64,000 nt of DNA from Octopus bimaculoides (lineage: Eukaryota), in the NCBI RefSeq assembly GCF_001194135.2, contig NC_068984.1:53463306-53527305 (forward strand), in the 5' to 3' direction. Positions 49,409-63,409 of this stretch are shown piece by piece (the first letter of the stretch is position 1; the number at the start of each line of letters is the position of its first letter). A program made the translations under genes and the position numbers. Below the pieces are notes generated by a model. It did not search any database and was not told where the DNA came from. It was given only the letters and a program-made list of their open reading frames with translations.

Positions 49409-50029
49409 TGTTATAAGTATAAGGCCTGAAATTTTGTGCATCGATCCCACTGTTCCACTGGTACTTATTTTATAGACCCCGAAAGGATCAAAGGCAAAGT
49501 CGACCTCTGCGAAATTTGAATTCAGAACGTAAAGTCAGAACAAACGCTACTAACCATTTTGTCCGGCGTCCTAACGATTTCTGCCAGTTAGGGCGATATC
49601 TCGGTTTTGTAGATATAATTCCAAATAACGAAATGAAAGGAAAACAATGACCGAAGCATTAAAAGGTGATGTAAAACCACAGTCTTCATTTTGTAGGTAC
49701 CAATGATGCAAATTTATATACGAATAGAATACAAGAGACATCGTTTTATCTAAAATAAATATCGGGCCATGCAAGGAACTTCAGACAGTCCCCTACCCAA
49801 AATCAATTTCAAGAGTTTACCTGGCGTCATATTCACAAGCATACCTATTCAGGTCAGTCGAAGATTACTTTTCTATGTAATGCCGATTACTAACGACTAC
49901 GATTATTTTTTACTCTTAATCATTCCACTTCCTTCCACGTTTGTTATCCACCATTTTATATACTTAACATGAAAGGCAACCTAAGATGTGTGTTAGACAC
50001 ATGCGCATACCTTTACCTATATCTACATA

Positions 50030-50705
50030 CATATGTATAATGCGTGTGGGAATCCGCATGAGTAATGATGCAACATTTCATGTACATATTAACAAGACAT
50101 TGTGCAGGTGAGTAACTGGATGGATTCTTAGATGATTGAGAACCAGAAATAAGGATTTCTTGCTACTCCTATGGAGGACTTTTGTTCTCAGTCACCTGGA
50201 TTACTGCTCGCAACTGTATTCGCTACAGAGCGTCAATCTGCTGGTAGTACTTGAGGGAATCCAGCGCCACTACACAAAGAAGACTGACTCGGTGAAACAG
50301 ATGAGTTACTGGGAGAGGCTACAAGAACTGAAGCTCTACTCTCTGGAGAGAAGGCAAGAAAGATATGTAATGATATACATAGGAAAGATCCTTGAAGTTC
50401 TAGCTCCTAACTTTCAAATTAAAATCCGAACTGGATGGTACTGCATTATACCAAAAATCCCGTCTTCTTCATCTCGGATAAGAACCCAGTATTGCAACAG
50501 CTTGGGTTTCAGGAGACCACAGCTGTTTAAAAACCTGCCAAACAACCTCAGAGATTTGTGAAGTGTAGCAGGAGGTACAAAGGTACAAAGAAGAGAAGCT
50601 CCGCTTCATCATCAAAAACAGTACAGAAAGGAAACCCAGAAACACTGACAGGCAATACCCCAGTGTGGTCCCAGTTTTTGGCTGAAACCAGTAAAAGATA
50701 AAAGA
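50030..50705 (+). mobile_element. CR1-like LINE 3' end
   Basis: LSHLDYCSQLYS...LEGIQRHYTK...SYWERLQELKLYSLERRQERY...NLPNNLRDL; decayed frame continues to TGA at 50646-50648; 3' tail ends AAAAGATAAAAGA, then a (TATG)n array. Confidence 0.88.
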
Positions 50706-50711
50706 AACGAC

Positions 50712-50742
<31 letters not shown>

Positions 50743-51150
50743 TGTATGTATGTATGTATGTATGTAGGTAGGTAGATATATTTGTATGTATGTATAACTG
50801 AAAATATAATTGAATTAGTGTATTTATTTCAGGTATCATATTGATTCAGGCAATCACAATTCTTTTTAATGTAGATAGTATATACAGAGTTCATATGATC
50901 CAGGCGTAAACCTCAGTGATATCTGTTTCACATACCCTGCTACTCTGCTAATACCTCTGCAGACGGTGTGAACACTACTTGTAACACTCTGGAATCAAGC
51001 GGATGATCCTCACCTTGATAAGATAGCTCAAGTATTTCTAATTAGACATTTTGTTTTCAATTAAATATGTTCACCCTCATTCTATATCAATTATATGTTC
51101 TTCATCATGCGGATCGAATATCTACGTAATTAATTTTAGTTGTATGTGTG

Positions 51151-51195
<45 letters not shown>

Positions 51196-51604
51196 NNNNN
51201 NNNNNNNNNNNNNNNNNNNNNNNNNNNNNNNNNNNNNNNNNNNNNNNNNNNNNNNNNNNNNNNNNNNNNNNNNNNNNNNNNNNNNNNNNNNNNNNNNNNN
51301 NNNNNNNNNNNNNNNNNNNNNNNNNNNNNNNNNNNNNNNNNNNNNNNNNNNNNNNNNNNNNNNNNNNNNNNNNNNNNNNNNNNNNNNNNNNNNNNNNNNN
51401 NNNNNNNNNNNNNNNNNNNNNNNNNNNNNNNNNNNNNNNNNNNNNNNNNNNNNNNNNNNNNNNNNNNNNNNNNNNNNNNNNNNNNNNNNNNNNNNNNNNN
51501 NNNNNNNNNNNNNNNNNNNNNNNNNNNNNNNNNNNNNNNNNNNNNNNNNNNNNNNNNNNNNNNNNNNNNNNNNNNNNNNNNNNNNNNNNNNNNNGCCTTC
51601 GGCC

Positions 51605-51675
51605 ATTTGAGTCTGATGTGTCGCCTATACTGCTAAGAGCTTTAGAGGTGCGAAGCCATTGGTCACCCTATGACC
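51605..51675 (+). ncRNA. Degenerate minimal type-I hammerhead-like fold
   Basis: CTGATGT (51613-19), stem II G-CGCCT/AGGTGC, GAAG (51652-55), helix III CCATTGG, GUC site at 51662-64, stem I GAGT/ACCC. Two core substitutions. Confidence 0.4.
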
Positions 51676-51703
51676 GGCCATAACATTCAACTTCCTATAC
51701 GCG

Positions 51704-51759
<56 letters not shown>

Positions 51760-52140
51760 TACACACACATATGTACATACATATGTTAGTTTTTGACGTC
51801 TACTCGTATTGCAACAGAGCAAAACTACTTCATGATTTCTTAGTCACTGCTTCACCAACTACAGCGTAATCTTTGCCTCGTTGGAAGAGGTCAAATAATC
51901 CCAAAACATATTCTGAGTTGTCTCTCGTATGTATTTACTAAAATGATCAAAACACTGTTAGTCAGCCAAACTTCTGTTTTGCCAGCAGCAGTAGTATTTG
52001 TAATTAGAATTTTTTCAATGCATTAAGTTCACCCCTACTTAACTATGAAAGGTCAGACAACTGATTATATTTGTGGAATTTCTGAGAATAAGAAATATAG
52101 ACACAATAGATGTGTGTGTGTGTGAGAAAGAGAGAGGGAA

Positions 52141-52171
<31 letters not shown>

Positions 52172-52381
52172 TAAGGAGAAAACCAGTGGGTGTATGAAAG
52201 AGAGAGAGAGAATTTTGTATGCGTGTGTGAAAGAGAGAGCAGGAAGGCCATAAATGATAAAACCATGGACTAAATAGTTTAAAGTATTTTTGTCTCTATT
52301 TTACCATAATCCCATTAAAACGGAAGCTATTGCTTTATTAAAAAGCTGTTCTTGATTTAGTAACCAGTGTCCCACTGACTG

Positions 52382-52465
<84 letters not shown>

Positions 52466-55400
52466 TAATAACCGTTGTCAAATGGTTACCATTCCTTAAA
52501 TTGTTGACCAAAAATATATCTTTGATAAAGCGTTTTTAGTTGGCTTCGTTTCCAAAATCTTCATCGTATGCCGCCGCCGCCGAAAACTCTTTTTAGATTT
52601 TGGAGATTTTTACAAGCTGATTCCTGGCATCGTCTATCGACTTACATGCATTGAAGCATCTAACCTTATATAGTCTCGTGATTTTACTAAAACGTGTGTG
52701 AGTCCTGAAAACCATTTGATTTTAGTGGCACCACCTCTTGAAGACTTTATGAGGGTTAAGCTATTCAGGTATAATACATTCTGCTTTAATTAAACCCTAA
52801 AGTGGATTTGAATTCAGTATTTTAACCATCTGATATCCTCGTTGGTTATACATCATCAGATGGGAAGATCAAGTCATTTAAGGGTTATGATATTCGGCAA
52901 CGAACGCAAGAGAAAGCTGATCGGTATCTTGACATCCTATTAACTTTACTAATTATGTTTCATGTGGATGTGTTCTCCTTGAAAACATCCCTCGAGTTTT
53001 AATGTTGTTTTCTCACACCAGTGTATGCACATTCTTTATCTATGCATAAATATTTCTCTTTTCATTTACCTGACAGACGCGTGAGCGACTCTGCTTCGTT
53101 AACGATGTCTAATTAGACTGAAACAAGCCTTGAGTTTGCTTAAGATCATTGCATCCTTCACTACATTAGGTTGCCTATTTCCAATTTTAATTAATTGTGG
53201 CTATCGTGCGGCAAGTCATTAAAAAAAAAAAAGCTTTTTTGAGCTGAATGAAGCATTATCAGTAATGATTACCTCTCCTCAGTACAAGTTAATTAATAAA
53301 AACGACATTCGTTAACAATTAATAATAATTATCGTGCTGTTCAAATTTATAATGTCAGTATTTACTATTTAATTGGCAGCTGCGGCTCTCGAATAAGCAA
53401 TCGAATTTAAAACCATAATGATTTTTAAACATAAGCACAAGATCGTACATTTGTAGGAGTGCGACATTATGGATTGAATCAACTTACACACATGCCTAGT
53501 TCTTAATTTTTATCTACCAGAAAAATAAAAAGCAACTCTGAAAGTATTCTGTCTAAACAAAATACTACGCAAATTTTATCCTAGGAGTGAGGGATTTCTA
53601 CAACAAGAATGCAAAGCTGAAAAATAAGAAAACAAGCTACTAATTTACGTCTACAGAATTTGCAGGAACGTTAATTACATAGATAAACATTATATAGAAC
53701 ATTTCTATGATATTGTTCTACCGCGGTCTATGTATGTAACGCTTAACTATGACTGATAAAGTATGGAACAACATCGTAGACATAATTTATTTTAGAAACA
53801 ACGTTAATATTATTGCAATTGTTCGTATTGACAGCAAAATAATTCTTTTAAATTACGTTGGATACTTACATATTCCTGATATATATATATATATCTTTTG
53901 AATTCATAGCTCATGTCGGTTGCTCCTTATAGTATCCTACGGAGGAAGTACCTAAGGTCTCTACCCCGACGATCCTCTCTAGAAAAGAGAGATGGATGGA
54001 TGAATGGATGGAATTCATAGCTCAATAGGGCTGCTACTATACTTTGTTCAATCTCAGCCATATGCACATTAAAGCGTTGAAAATGTTGCCCTACAGAACA
54101 GAATGTCTTCAATTCATTCCGTAATTAAGATAGTTTAAAGCGCTTGCTACATACATTACTCTTTCAACGAATTTTCAGTCATTTTATTACAAAATCGTAA
54201 TGGAAAGGAAAAGAGAAGTGAACCAATATTTTCTCAAGGATACTTGCATGTCGTTCTTTCTTGAGCACATTCTCTTTTTCACGTAAAGTTAAAAATAACA
54301 GATAACATTTCTTACGCTAGAAAAGGTGGCAAGTGATAGCAAAGAATATAGTTTTTCGAGTATATTCTCTCCTAAAAATGCACCTTCAATATTAATGTAG
54401 ATTTTACATCTCAAGGGTCAAGCGCTTCATAAAAGAAAAGAAAACTTCAAAAGAAATTCTGTATTTCATGGTTCCCTATAAACTTCCAACAAACTAAGTA
54501 TTTCTTAAATAACCGTGGAATTTCCACGCATTCAGCTGGTACATTTAAGCAGTTTAGCTATAAACACAAAGTAATGGTTAGGCATCTATTTATATCAATT
54601 CTTCTATTCTTTTACTGGCTTCAGTCATTGGACTAGTTCGTAGTTTATCGAAATCTATCTATTCAAGTGCTAGGTTATAAGGTCAGCGATATTGTTGTAT
54701 AGTGAAACTGTACATCCCTCCCGGTAAAAAGTGGTTCCTACCATTACAAATAGACCAATAACCGGTCGTCAAGAGAGGGTTGAGAGATGAAGAGTGGAGA
54801 GTCGACAGCTCTAATCAGTGTCTTGTGGAGCTATCAGTGATAATAAGACAGAAAAAGTTAGTGTATTACTATTCCGGTACGAAGAGATTGGTTTAACAGA
54901 AAGGAGGAAAAGACCACAATTCATAGATTGATCTTTTGAATTTATTTTTACGTATGCGTTGTTCGGGCCTAACAGCACATAGTTTTCATACAGTATGCAT
55001 GTAATTCGTGAAGTGGTGGTATAATTCACCTTCGATTTGGTTCTGGTACATGATATTAATAAGCCACAAAAAGGCGAAACAGTGATGTCCGTTACTCTTG
55101 AATGGGAGATAGGTTGAGTTGTCTCCTCTGTCTATGACTCTCAGGTGTTTTAACACATGGCGCTTTGAGAGAGTTATCTCCACCGCGCCAGACACAATCT
55201 ACCGGCAAATACACTTGGCTTGTGCATGAAGTATATGTGGTCGACAATGTTTATTACACTAGCGCTGCTTCTATTTCATATTTGAATTGATCTGTTTATA
55301 CTCAGCCAGGAGACGTCCGAAATTCTTACAACAAAGTAGACTCTGTAAAAAACATTTAGAGTCAGGTGGTAGTGTTGTGTCGAACGATTATTTAGATTTA

Positions 55401-56269
55401 CCACCAAAACATATTGAGTTGTTTGCAGAACCCTTCAGAAAATATTTATTTTTGCTTTCAATATAAAAGAAAGACGACTGTTAATTATTTCACAATTCTT
55501 ATAAATCAGCAGTGGCGGGAGGGACATGACACTAAAACCGTAATGGAATATAAACTACGATTATTGATCTTGGAGAAAAAAAACAAACAAACTAATTATA
55601 TCAACTGAAATTGTTCTATCAATACCAAAATATACGGTATTACATTTTATAGCCTGGAAGAATTTAGCAAAGAAAATGAAAAGATTTATCTAGAAAAAAT
55701 ATAAACAAAATAAATACAAAACAATTATACTTTACGTAAAAAGGCATGAATTAATCACAGCATATTAAAAAAAGAGTAAAAATAAGAAGTCACGTGTCTT
55801 CTTACTTCAATCACTTTTTTTCTCTTATACATTGGTTCACCATTGGTTCAACTGAATTCTGACAAACAGCAACTGAAAGAAAATGATGCGGCTTAACTAC
55901 ATCGTTTCTCTATTAATTTGGTTTCACATTTTGACACAAGACCAGCAACTTCGGGGAGGAGATAAATCGATTACATCGACCCCTGTGCTCTTCATGGAGT
56001 TACTACGATACTTTACATTGTTGTGAGCATTGAAAGTCTTTGACAGAAAAGGACAGTAAGCAACTATCCATCGATTGTCTACTTCACAATTTCCTCGAAA
56101 GGATGAAAGGCAAAGACGACCTCGGCAGAATCTGAACTCAGAATGTAACGACAGACGCTAAACATTTTGCCCAGCGTGCTAACTATTTTGCCAGCTCGCC
56201 ACCTCACCATCGCTGTTTTTCTATTAATTTGCTACATAATCAATGGTTAGTTACACGTCAGAAATGGCT

Positions 56270-56790
56270 CTCTGCATTCCACCTTCGCTAAACTTGATTC
56301 CTTGCTCCTCATCGCCTATTAGTTCGCCCTTTTATCAAGCTGTTCACCGAATGTTAAATGTAGTCTCCAAGGATTACGGCTCTATTGAACCATTTTCCAT
56401 ATGTTTCTGTATTACACTGTCTCCTCTCTTTCCAGTATTATAAATTTCCTTCTGTCTTCCATTTGACAGAGGTGCTACACTCTTTTCTTAACAGCGATAT
56501 AGATTATTTTCCGTCAGAAGAGACTCTAAGACATCGTTATTTCAATGAACAATGGATTTCAGTATGCTCCAAATAAAATTAAACCTTAATTTATCTCTTT
56601 TACTCTGTTTATCATGCTCCTGTCTCGTCTTTCTCTAAAATCATTTACTAGAATTACTTGACTGGTTATAATTTTCGGCTGCGGTTTTGATCGCATTACT
56701 TTGCTTTCCGTTCTTTTCGAGATTTTACCGATGTTGTAAGGCTCGACACCTGAATATAAAAGCCAATAAACTTCGGGCAGCACCAAAAGG
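56270..56790 (-). mobile_element. Decayed RTE-like 3' relic
   Basis: VLP..LLYSGVEPY..SKVMRS..VNDFRERRD..INRVKE and later KGRTNRR*, weakly matching the RTE C-terminus. Confidence 0.4.
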
Positions 56791-58256
56791 ACCTTTGTTT
56801 GTTCAACACACCAATTTAGATAATTTTACTCCTTATCTGTCTATCAAATCTTGTTCACATGGTTTTTGACTATCCGAGATGATGGTAGAAGATGCTTTTC
56901 TAAAGTGTGTCCAGTGGGATCAAACCCGTTACTACGTGGTTGTGAAGCGGATTTCATAGCCACACGGCCTTGCCTGCATCAAATTCAAATCTTCAGAGAC
57001 TAGAGCTAAGTTAATTTCTATACGAAACTTACCCAATTTCATTTCAGTTCAATTTCGCCTTTGAAAAAGCACGAATGATATTCTCACTATTTAGATCATG
57101 TACATGTTAAACGTTTTAGTTGTATATGAAATGAAGTAACTGGAAATAGTTTAAAGCAAGGAATGGCATTTATTATTACCTACCACTAGTTTATATTCTA
57201 CTTAAAAATATGCTAATTTTTTCTTATTCAGTCGAAATATGTTGATGTTAGAAAAAAATTGGCCGAGGAACTATCGAACAAATTGGCAGTATGTTTATAA
57301 TGCAAAGTATAGTTTACTTACATTTGTATATATTAAATCTAAATGTGAATACAGAATAAACAGAACACATTGAATTTGTCCTGTATGCCTATTTTCAAAC
57401 ATTGATTTAATATATACAAACATTTTCGTTTGAACCATGTTAGCGCAATCATAATTATGAAATACATTATTTTGTTTACTTATATATATTTCAAATAGCA
57501 GATCGGATTTGAGAAAAGTACATACATATATAAATGCATGCAGGCATGCATACATACATAACGTACGTACGTACACACGCTCATACACATATGTATGTGT
57601 ATATATTTTATATATATGTAAGTATACACACACACCCACACCTACACACATGTATATGTAAACGAGAGAATGAACAATCGAAGGATAGCAGCACTCAACA
57701 TATTTGGTAGGAGTTACATATATTTTTTAAAAATAACAATTTGGCTTAGTTTCGTGCGTGCATAGAACTCCATCTCATCAGATATTAGGATGAGATGAAT
57801 GCGTCCTCCGCGCCATAAAGTGTTATATATATATATATAATTTAATTTCTGTCTGTTTCTTTGTTTGTTTGTCCGTCAAAATGAAAGTAAAGATAGCAAA
57901 TCTGTAGGAGTAGTCTCATCCTGGTTCAGATTCGAAACTGAATCTTTCAATTCTCCTTGGGCATACAGCCTATTCAAACGTCAAAAGGAACCGTGACAAA
58001 TAGGTGTTCCACTTGACCTGTGGTCCTTTCAGTGCCATCACAAGTTCACTCGCGTAATGAGTGACCTGGATTCCGTAAAGCTATTGTTCTAGTTTGTCGG
58101 TTCAGATATAAATATATAAACTTCTTTGAGGTAGGAAGAGAGAATCCGACAGCGAAGTGAGACGCACGACACACACATAGAGAACTTGACAGGGAACGAA
58201 AACCTTCGACACACCCCAAAAAAGACAATACCCGCCGAAACTGAATCTTTCAATTC

Positions 58257-58435
58257 TCCTACCGAATTGCTAGCCTTTTACCACAAGAAAATGAAGACAA
58301 ATTTTTGCAAGTATATTTCATTAATAATATGCAAAAACAAGCTGAAACAAGGTATAATCTTAATGAAGGACTTCCCTTTGACATAATACAACAACTTCAA
58401 CAAGTGCTTCGTAACAACTTCGTTTACAACTTCCT
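58257..58435 (+). mobile_element. Helitron RepHel N-terminal relic
   Basis: RIASLLPQENEDKFLQVYFINNMQKQAETR...DIIQQLQQVLRNN matches the HRIGSLLP...KFLQIYF...LQxML...N motif of animal Helitrons. Confidence 0.7.
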
Positions 58436-60472
58436 TGTACATGCTTGCCCAGTATACGTAACCTCATTAGTCTATGGCGCAGTGAAACGCCGTGAATGCT
58501 TAGTCGGGAGCCTTCCATCAGAATTGATCACCAATTGCAAATTTCTGCGCTTTGTACATTATCAAGAGTACATTTGAAACTCCTGATATAATAATAATAA
58601 TAATTATTATTATATCTTTTATTTTTTTATTTGTTTCAGTCGTTGGACGGTGGCTACGCTGGGGCAGCGCTTTGAAGAGTTTTAGTCGAATAAGACGATC
58701 CCAGGCCCTCAATTTAATAATAATTAAAAAAATGGAGATCTCCTATCGGTTTCTTTTACCGAGATGTAAACGAACCAACACTGGTAGTGAAACGATTGTG
58801 TGGGCAAACACTAACATACATAAATACATATCTACATGCATATATTATATATGTGTGCGTGTGCGTGTGCGTATTTATTATGCGCGCACACACACATACT
58901 CACATATAATTAAATAAGATGCATCTAATAGTAGAAACAGCTGTAAGCTAATGAAGTTCATCGCATAATTTTCTGTTCCTTTGACTTTTATTTAATTTCA
59001 TATTACGCTTCACGCTTTGTACTCGACTAACGCTTTGGCCTATAGCTATAGTAGAAGACACTTGCACAAGGTGCCACGTAGAGAGACCTGTTACAAATAA
59101 TGAAAAAAGGCCCCTTCAATCTCAGCTTACTATCTTTAAAAAGAGAGAAACTGACTTTGAAGCGAACAACAACATCGTTAGAGACAAACCAAAGGTAAAT
59201 ACGACAGCCAAATCTACCTCAGCTCACACTCGAGCATTTTAAAAGCAGGAAAGACCACGTTAAATAATGTAGGCCAAGAGGAATGCTTGATAACATACGA
59301 GAGATAACAAGAATAAAGATGCAAAATTTAGATCTGCAGAAGATGGAGTTGACTTGTCAGACGGGTCACCAATGCACCCATACCTTGGTAGGGTAGTATA
59401 TTGTGATTCGTGCAAGATTTAGCTATTTCTAACACACCAAGCGACTGTGTAGAAACTCAACGTTAACTTCTTAGAAAGCGAAGAACTGCATGCCACTCAA
59501 TAGCAGAAAACTTTTTGTGAGGCATTCTGCTGATTCTACTATCAATCACTTTAAAAACAGTATCGATTACTTCTAAGATTGGCACGAGAACATACAAGAC
59601 TATACTGGCACTTATTTTATCAAACCCAGAACGATGAAAGTTTGCCTTCAGCAAGATTTGAACTCAGAACATAAAGAGATACAACTAAATATCGTTGTTC
59701 TATTTAGCAGTCATCCACTGCGTTCATCCTTAACGCAATATAGATAACAATTATAACAGTTAAAAAACAAACTTACAAAAAGGTTACGTAGTTTGCTTAT
59801 ACATTTACCAATATATTTGGTGGTGGATTGGCAGAATTGTTAAAGAGTCGGATGAAATACCTTGTGGTATTCTGTTATGGTTCTTTGCATTCTGGGTTCA
59901 AATTTCGCCGGAGTTAACGCCACCTTTTCATCTGTCTGGGATCGATAAAACAAAAGTACCAGTCAAGTATGGGTGTCAATTTATTCGCCTATACCATTTT
60001 TCAAAACATGGCCTTGTGCCAATGCTAGAAATCTATATTTAACAACCCAGTGGAAAATAACAAAAAAAAAAAAAGGGAAAAACAACAACAATAACAACAC
60101 ACACAAGAACAACAAAGGTAAAACGAAAGAAAGAAAAATCATAAATTAAGAATATAAAGAATAGAATTTTGCAGAATAATGTGGGGAGAATAATAAAATA
60201 GAAAATCGATTTGTTTCAATCGAAAATGTTATTGAAAATACTATCATAGTTGTCAGTCAAATATTTCCTGATTGTGCAAAAAAAAAAAAAGAAAAAAAAA
60301 TGAAGAGAAATAGCTTTATTGACATAGTGTAAGTGATATTGTGTTAACAGATTTGTTGTATATTTTTGGAAACATTCAGTGTATATCGGATATTATGGTA
60401 TTCCAAGCGAATAACTTGCTTGCGGGGGTCATAGGTAAGATATTACAAGTATATATCCTTCACATTCTGCAG

Positions 60473-60561
60473 GAAATCTTCAACGCATCTCACCTTCGCA
60501 GCTGACGTCCTTGAAGAACACTGATGACCTTCTTGGGCTTATATACACACACACTTGCAAG
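60473..60561 (+). CDS. Candidate internal coding exon (89 nt); peptide (G)NLQRISPSQLTSLKNTDDLLGLIYTHTCK
   Basis: Acceptor ATCCTTCACATTCTGCAG|G, donor AAG|GTAACA, raised GC, one open frame (phase 1 in, phase 0 out). A weaker overlapping minus-strand exon (60494-60553) is also possible. Confidence 0.45.
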
Positions 60562-62999
60562 GTAACACGGGACGTAACTCTGCATTCTTTGATTCGTCTT
60601 TGATTTATCTTTCGTAATCTTACTCTTATATTTTTCTTGCCTTTATTTTTTTGACATTTAAGTAATAAATTTTAACTTAATTTATTAAAAAAAAAACCCC
60701 ACAACTTATTTCTATGGTACAGAAATATTGATATTCAGTATTTTATAATCATTTACAGTAAAAATAAAACTGTCAGAAAGTTAACCTTGAATGTATCCTT
60801 GGAGGTGGGTTTAGTTACGACGTTTACAATAATTTTTTGGAAAAAAAATCTTTCGTAACAGGTCTTTCAATGGGCATAATGCCTAATAGATGTATTACAC
60901 AAGAGTTTATTTCGTTTATTTCAGTTTTTACCCCTCTGTGTGTTGCGAATAGCTGTATATCACAAATTTGTCCCTTGGGATGATATGAACAATTATGGCA
61001 TACGCATAATCGTCAGTTACATACCTACTTTGTAGCGTCTCCTTGCTGAACTGCATGCACTTCCTGACTGTACTTATTTACTACCATATTAATACCACCA
61101 TCGCTATAAGTTTCATGGATGAGTGATTTTCCTACAAACATTGCACAGCCGATGACTGGGTACGAACTGGTGTCTCTTCAGCTGGCAAAACCGTTATGAT
61201 AATAATAACTTCAAATTTTGGCACAGGGCCAACAGTTTTCGAAGGGAATGGGCGTAGAAAAGACGAAAAGCAAAAATCGGCCTCTGCAGAATTTGAACTC
61301 AGAACGTAAAGACGGACGAAATGCCGCTAAGCATTTTGTCTGGTGTGCCAACAGTTCTACCAGCTCGCCGCCTTAAACCGATATGTTAACTATCCTTTCT
61401 ACTATAGGCACAAGCCTGAAATTTTGAGGGGAAGGGGATTGTAGATTACATGGACTGAGTGCCACCACCACCAACAACAGTTAAGATATTAGTGTACAAA
61501 TATGTACAGTGTAGGACGTACGCAGTTTCATGTGGTTGCTGTTATTGTTGTTGATCAACCAGACCTATGACCAAAAGTATTCCGGTTATGACCATCTCGA
61601 AATTTGTTTTAAAACAGAATGCACCTTGAACGATACAATCCAATTTGTCGTATTTTTAATTACGTATGGTTATTTTAGGGAATTTGGTTGCTGTTTTTAG
61701 CACGTCAAACAACTGCATAGAAACTCCCTCTAATAAATAGTTATATATTCCTGTTAATTTTGTGTTTATATCAGGAAAAACAATAAGTTCCTTTTTTCAT
61801 TTCCAAATTGTCTTTAAATATTGATTTATAATGGAGGAAATGAATCTTGCATTCTTAATTTTCCTCTTCATACCTTTTGTTGTTCTCACAAAAGATTGTT
61901 GTTTTGTTGTTGGGAAACCATCTGCCTGGTTATTATTATTTCAATGGTCTAAGGTCACGAGCAGGTCGGACAAAATGCTTGACGGCATTTATTCTAACCT
62001 TTTTACGCTTTCAGTTCTAATTCCGTGGTGGACGACTTTGCCTTTCATCTTTTCTGGGTCGATAAAATAAGTACCAGTTGAAAACTGGGGTCGATGGAAT
62101 ATTGTCCTTCGCCTTAAATAGCTGTCCTTGTGTCAAAACTTAAAACCATTATCTTCGTAGTTTAATATTTATTGTGTGTATTCACTGCACAATCACATTA
62201 TCAGTTCCCTATTTCCTTGGGCCCTCCACTTCTAATGGTGTCGTAGGAAAGCTCTCGTTACACACAATGTATCATGAGTATTTTAAACCTGGTGGAATTT
62301 ATCCCTCTCCAAGTCTGAATGCGTCGCATTATTTTTTCTCAAGCGAGAAGAATCAATTCTAGTACAGGCACTTTATCCATCGATTTCGAAAGGAAAAAAA
62401 CAAAATGACCTTGGTGAAATTTGAGCTCAGAGCGCAGAGAGCCGGAGCAAATATTTTAAGTCACTCTATCCGATGTTCTAACGATTCTGCTAACTCACCG
62501 TCTGTAATACTCACTTCCAGTACTTGACGAGTACTTTATTTATTGACCCCAAGAGGATGGTAGACAAAGTTGACCTCAGCGGAATTTGAACATTAGGGGC
62601 AGAGAGCGGATCACGCAAGACATTCTATCTGGCACTCTACTGACTCTGCTAAATTTTCACCGACATTATCCATTGCCTAATTATGCTTTCTAAAACGACA
62701 GAATGCGTTCAAGGAGGACTCGATTGCTCATTCCGAACAGGTCGATTGATCAAGTAGAAGCTCACTCTTTGGCCTAATTAAACGGTTCCTCTGTCTTCTG
62801 TCTTATGCTTGTCCATTACAATGTCCAATATTCTTGTTGCGCTGTGTTAGCTTGTGTACCTCAACGACTCAGAAGAGCTATGCATAGCAGAAGAGTTATG
62901 CTTGTAGGAAGTGCCATATTGGACAGGTAAAAGGATAGAGGCCAGACTCATAAGGGCCACCTAGAAATGGGTTTGTATACGGTCCACACTCCTACTTAG

Positions 63000-63170
63000 A
63001 AATCAATTATAGTTCAAAACCAACAAGACCTAGAAAAGGAAGACCTTCCCACAGGAGAGAAGCAGAGTAGATAACCCAGAGTCTAGAACTCCTCATTCGA
63101 CTACAGTGACTTCAGCGAAAGATCACAGTGGACGAGACTGCTAGGAGTGTGATAAAGTCGTTTACTCTCG
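63000..63170 (+). mobile_element. Short RTE-like C-terminal relic
   Basis: KPTRPRKGRPS...AKDHSGR, resembling W.P...R.+GRP...A.DR..WR. Confidence 0.35.
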
Positions 63171-63409
63171 TACAAAACCGTCATCGTCTTGGAATATCAT
63201 CTGAAAGCTGTTAAACTCAGACAGCTATTATTATATTTTTTACATACAAGGCGTGCGAGAATTGCAAGTTTGATGTAGATAATTTTAGCGACCTATGCGT
63301 TTAACCTTGGAAGGTGGAATAGAGGTCGGTCGGGTGGGCAGGTGGTGACATGCTTCTACCTCAAAGGTAGTGCGTACGTGCATGTTTTTATGTGCGCATA
63401 TGTATATAT

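Noticed and set aside
55226-55285. Signal-peptide-like ORF MKYMWSTMFITLALLLFHI as a first exon for 60473
   Set aside because: Hits TGA after 19 codons with no usable phase-1 donor before it.
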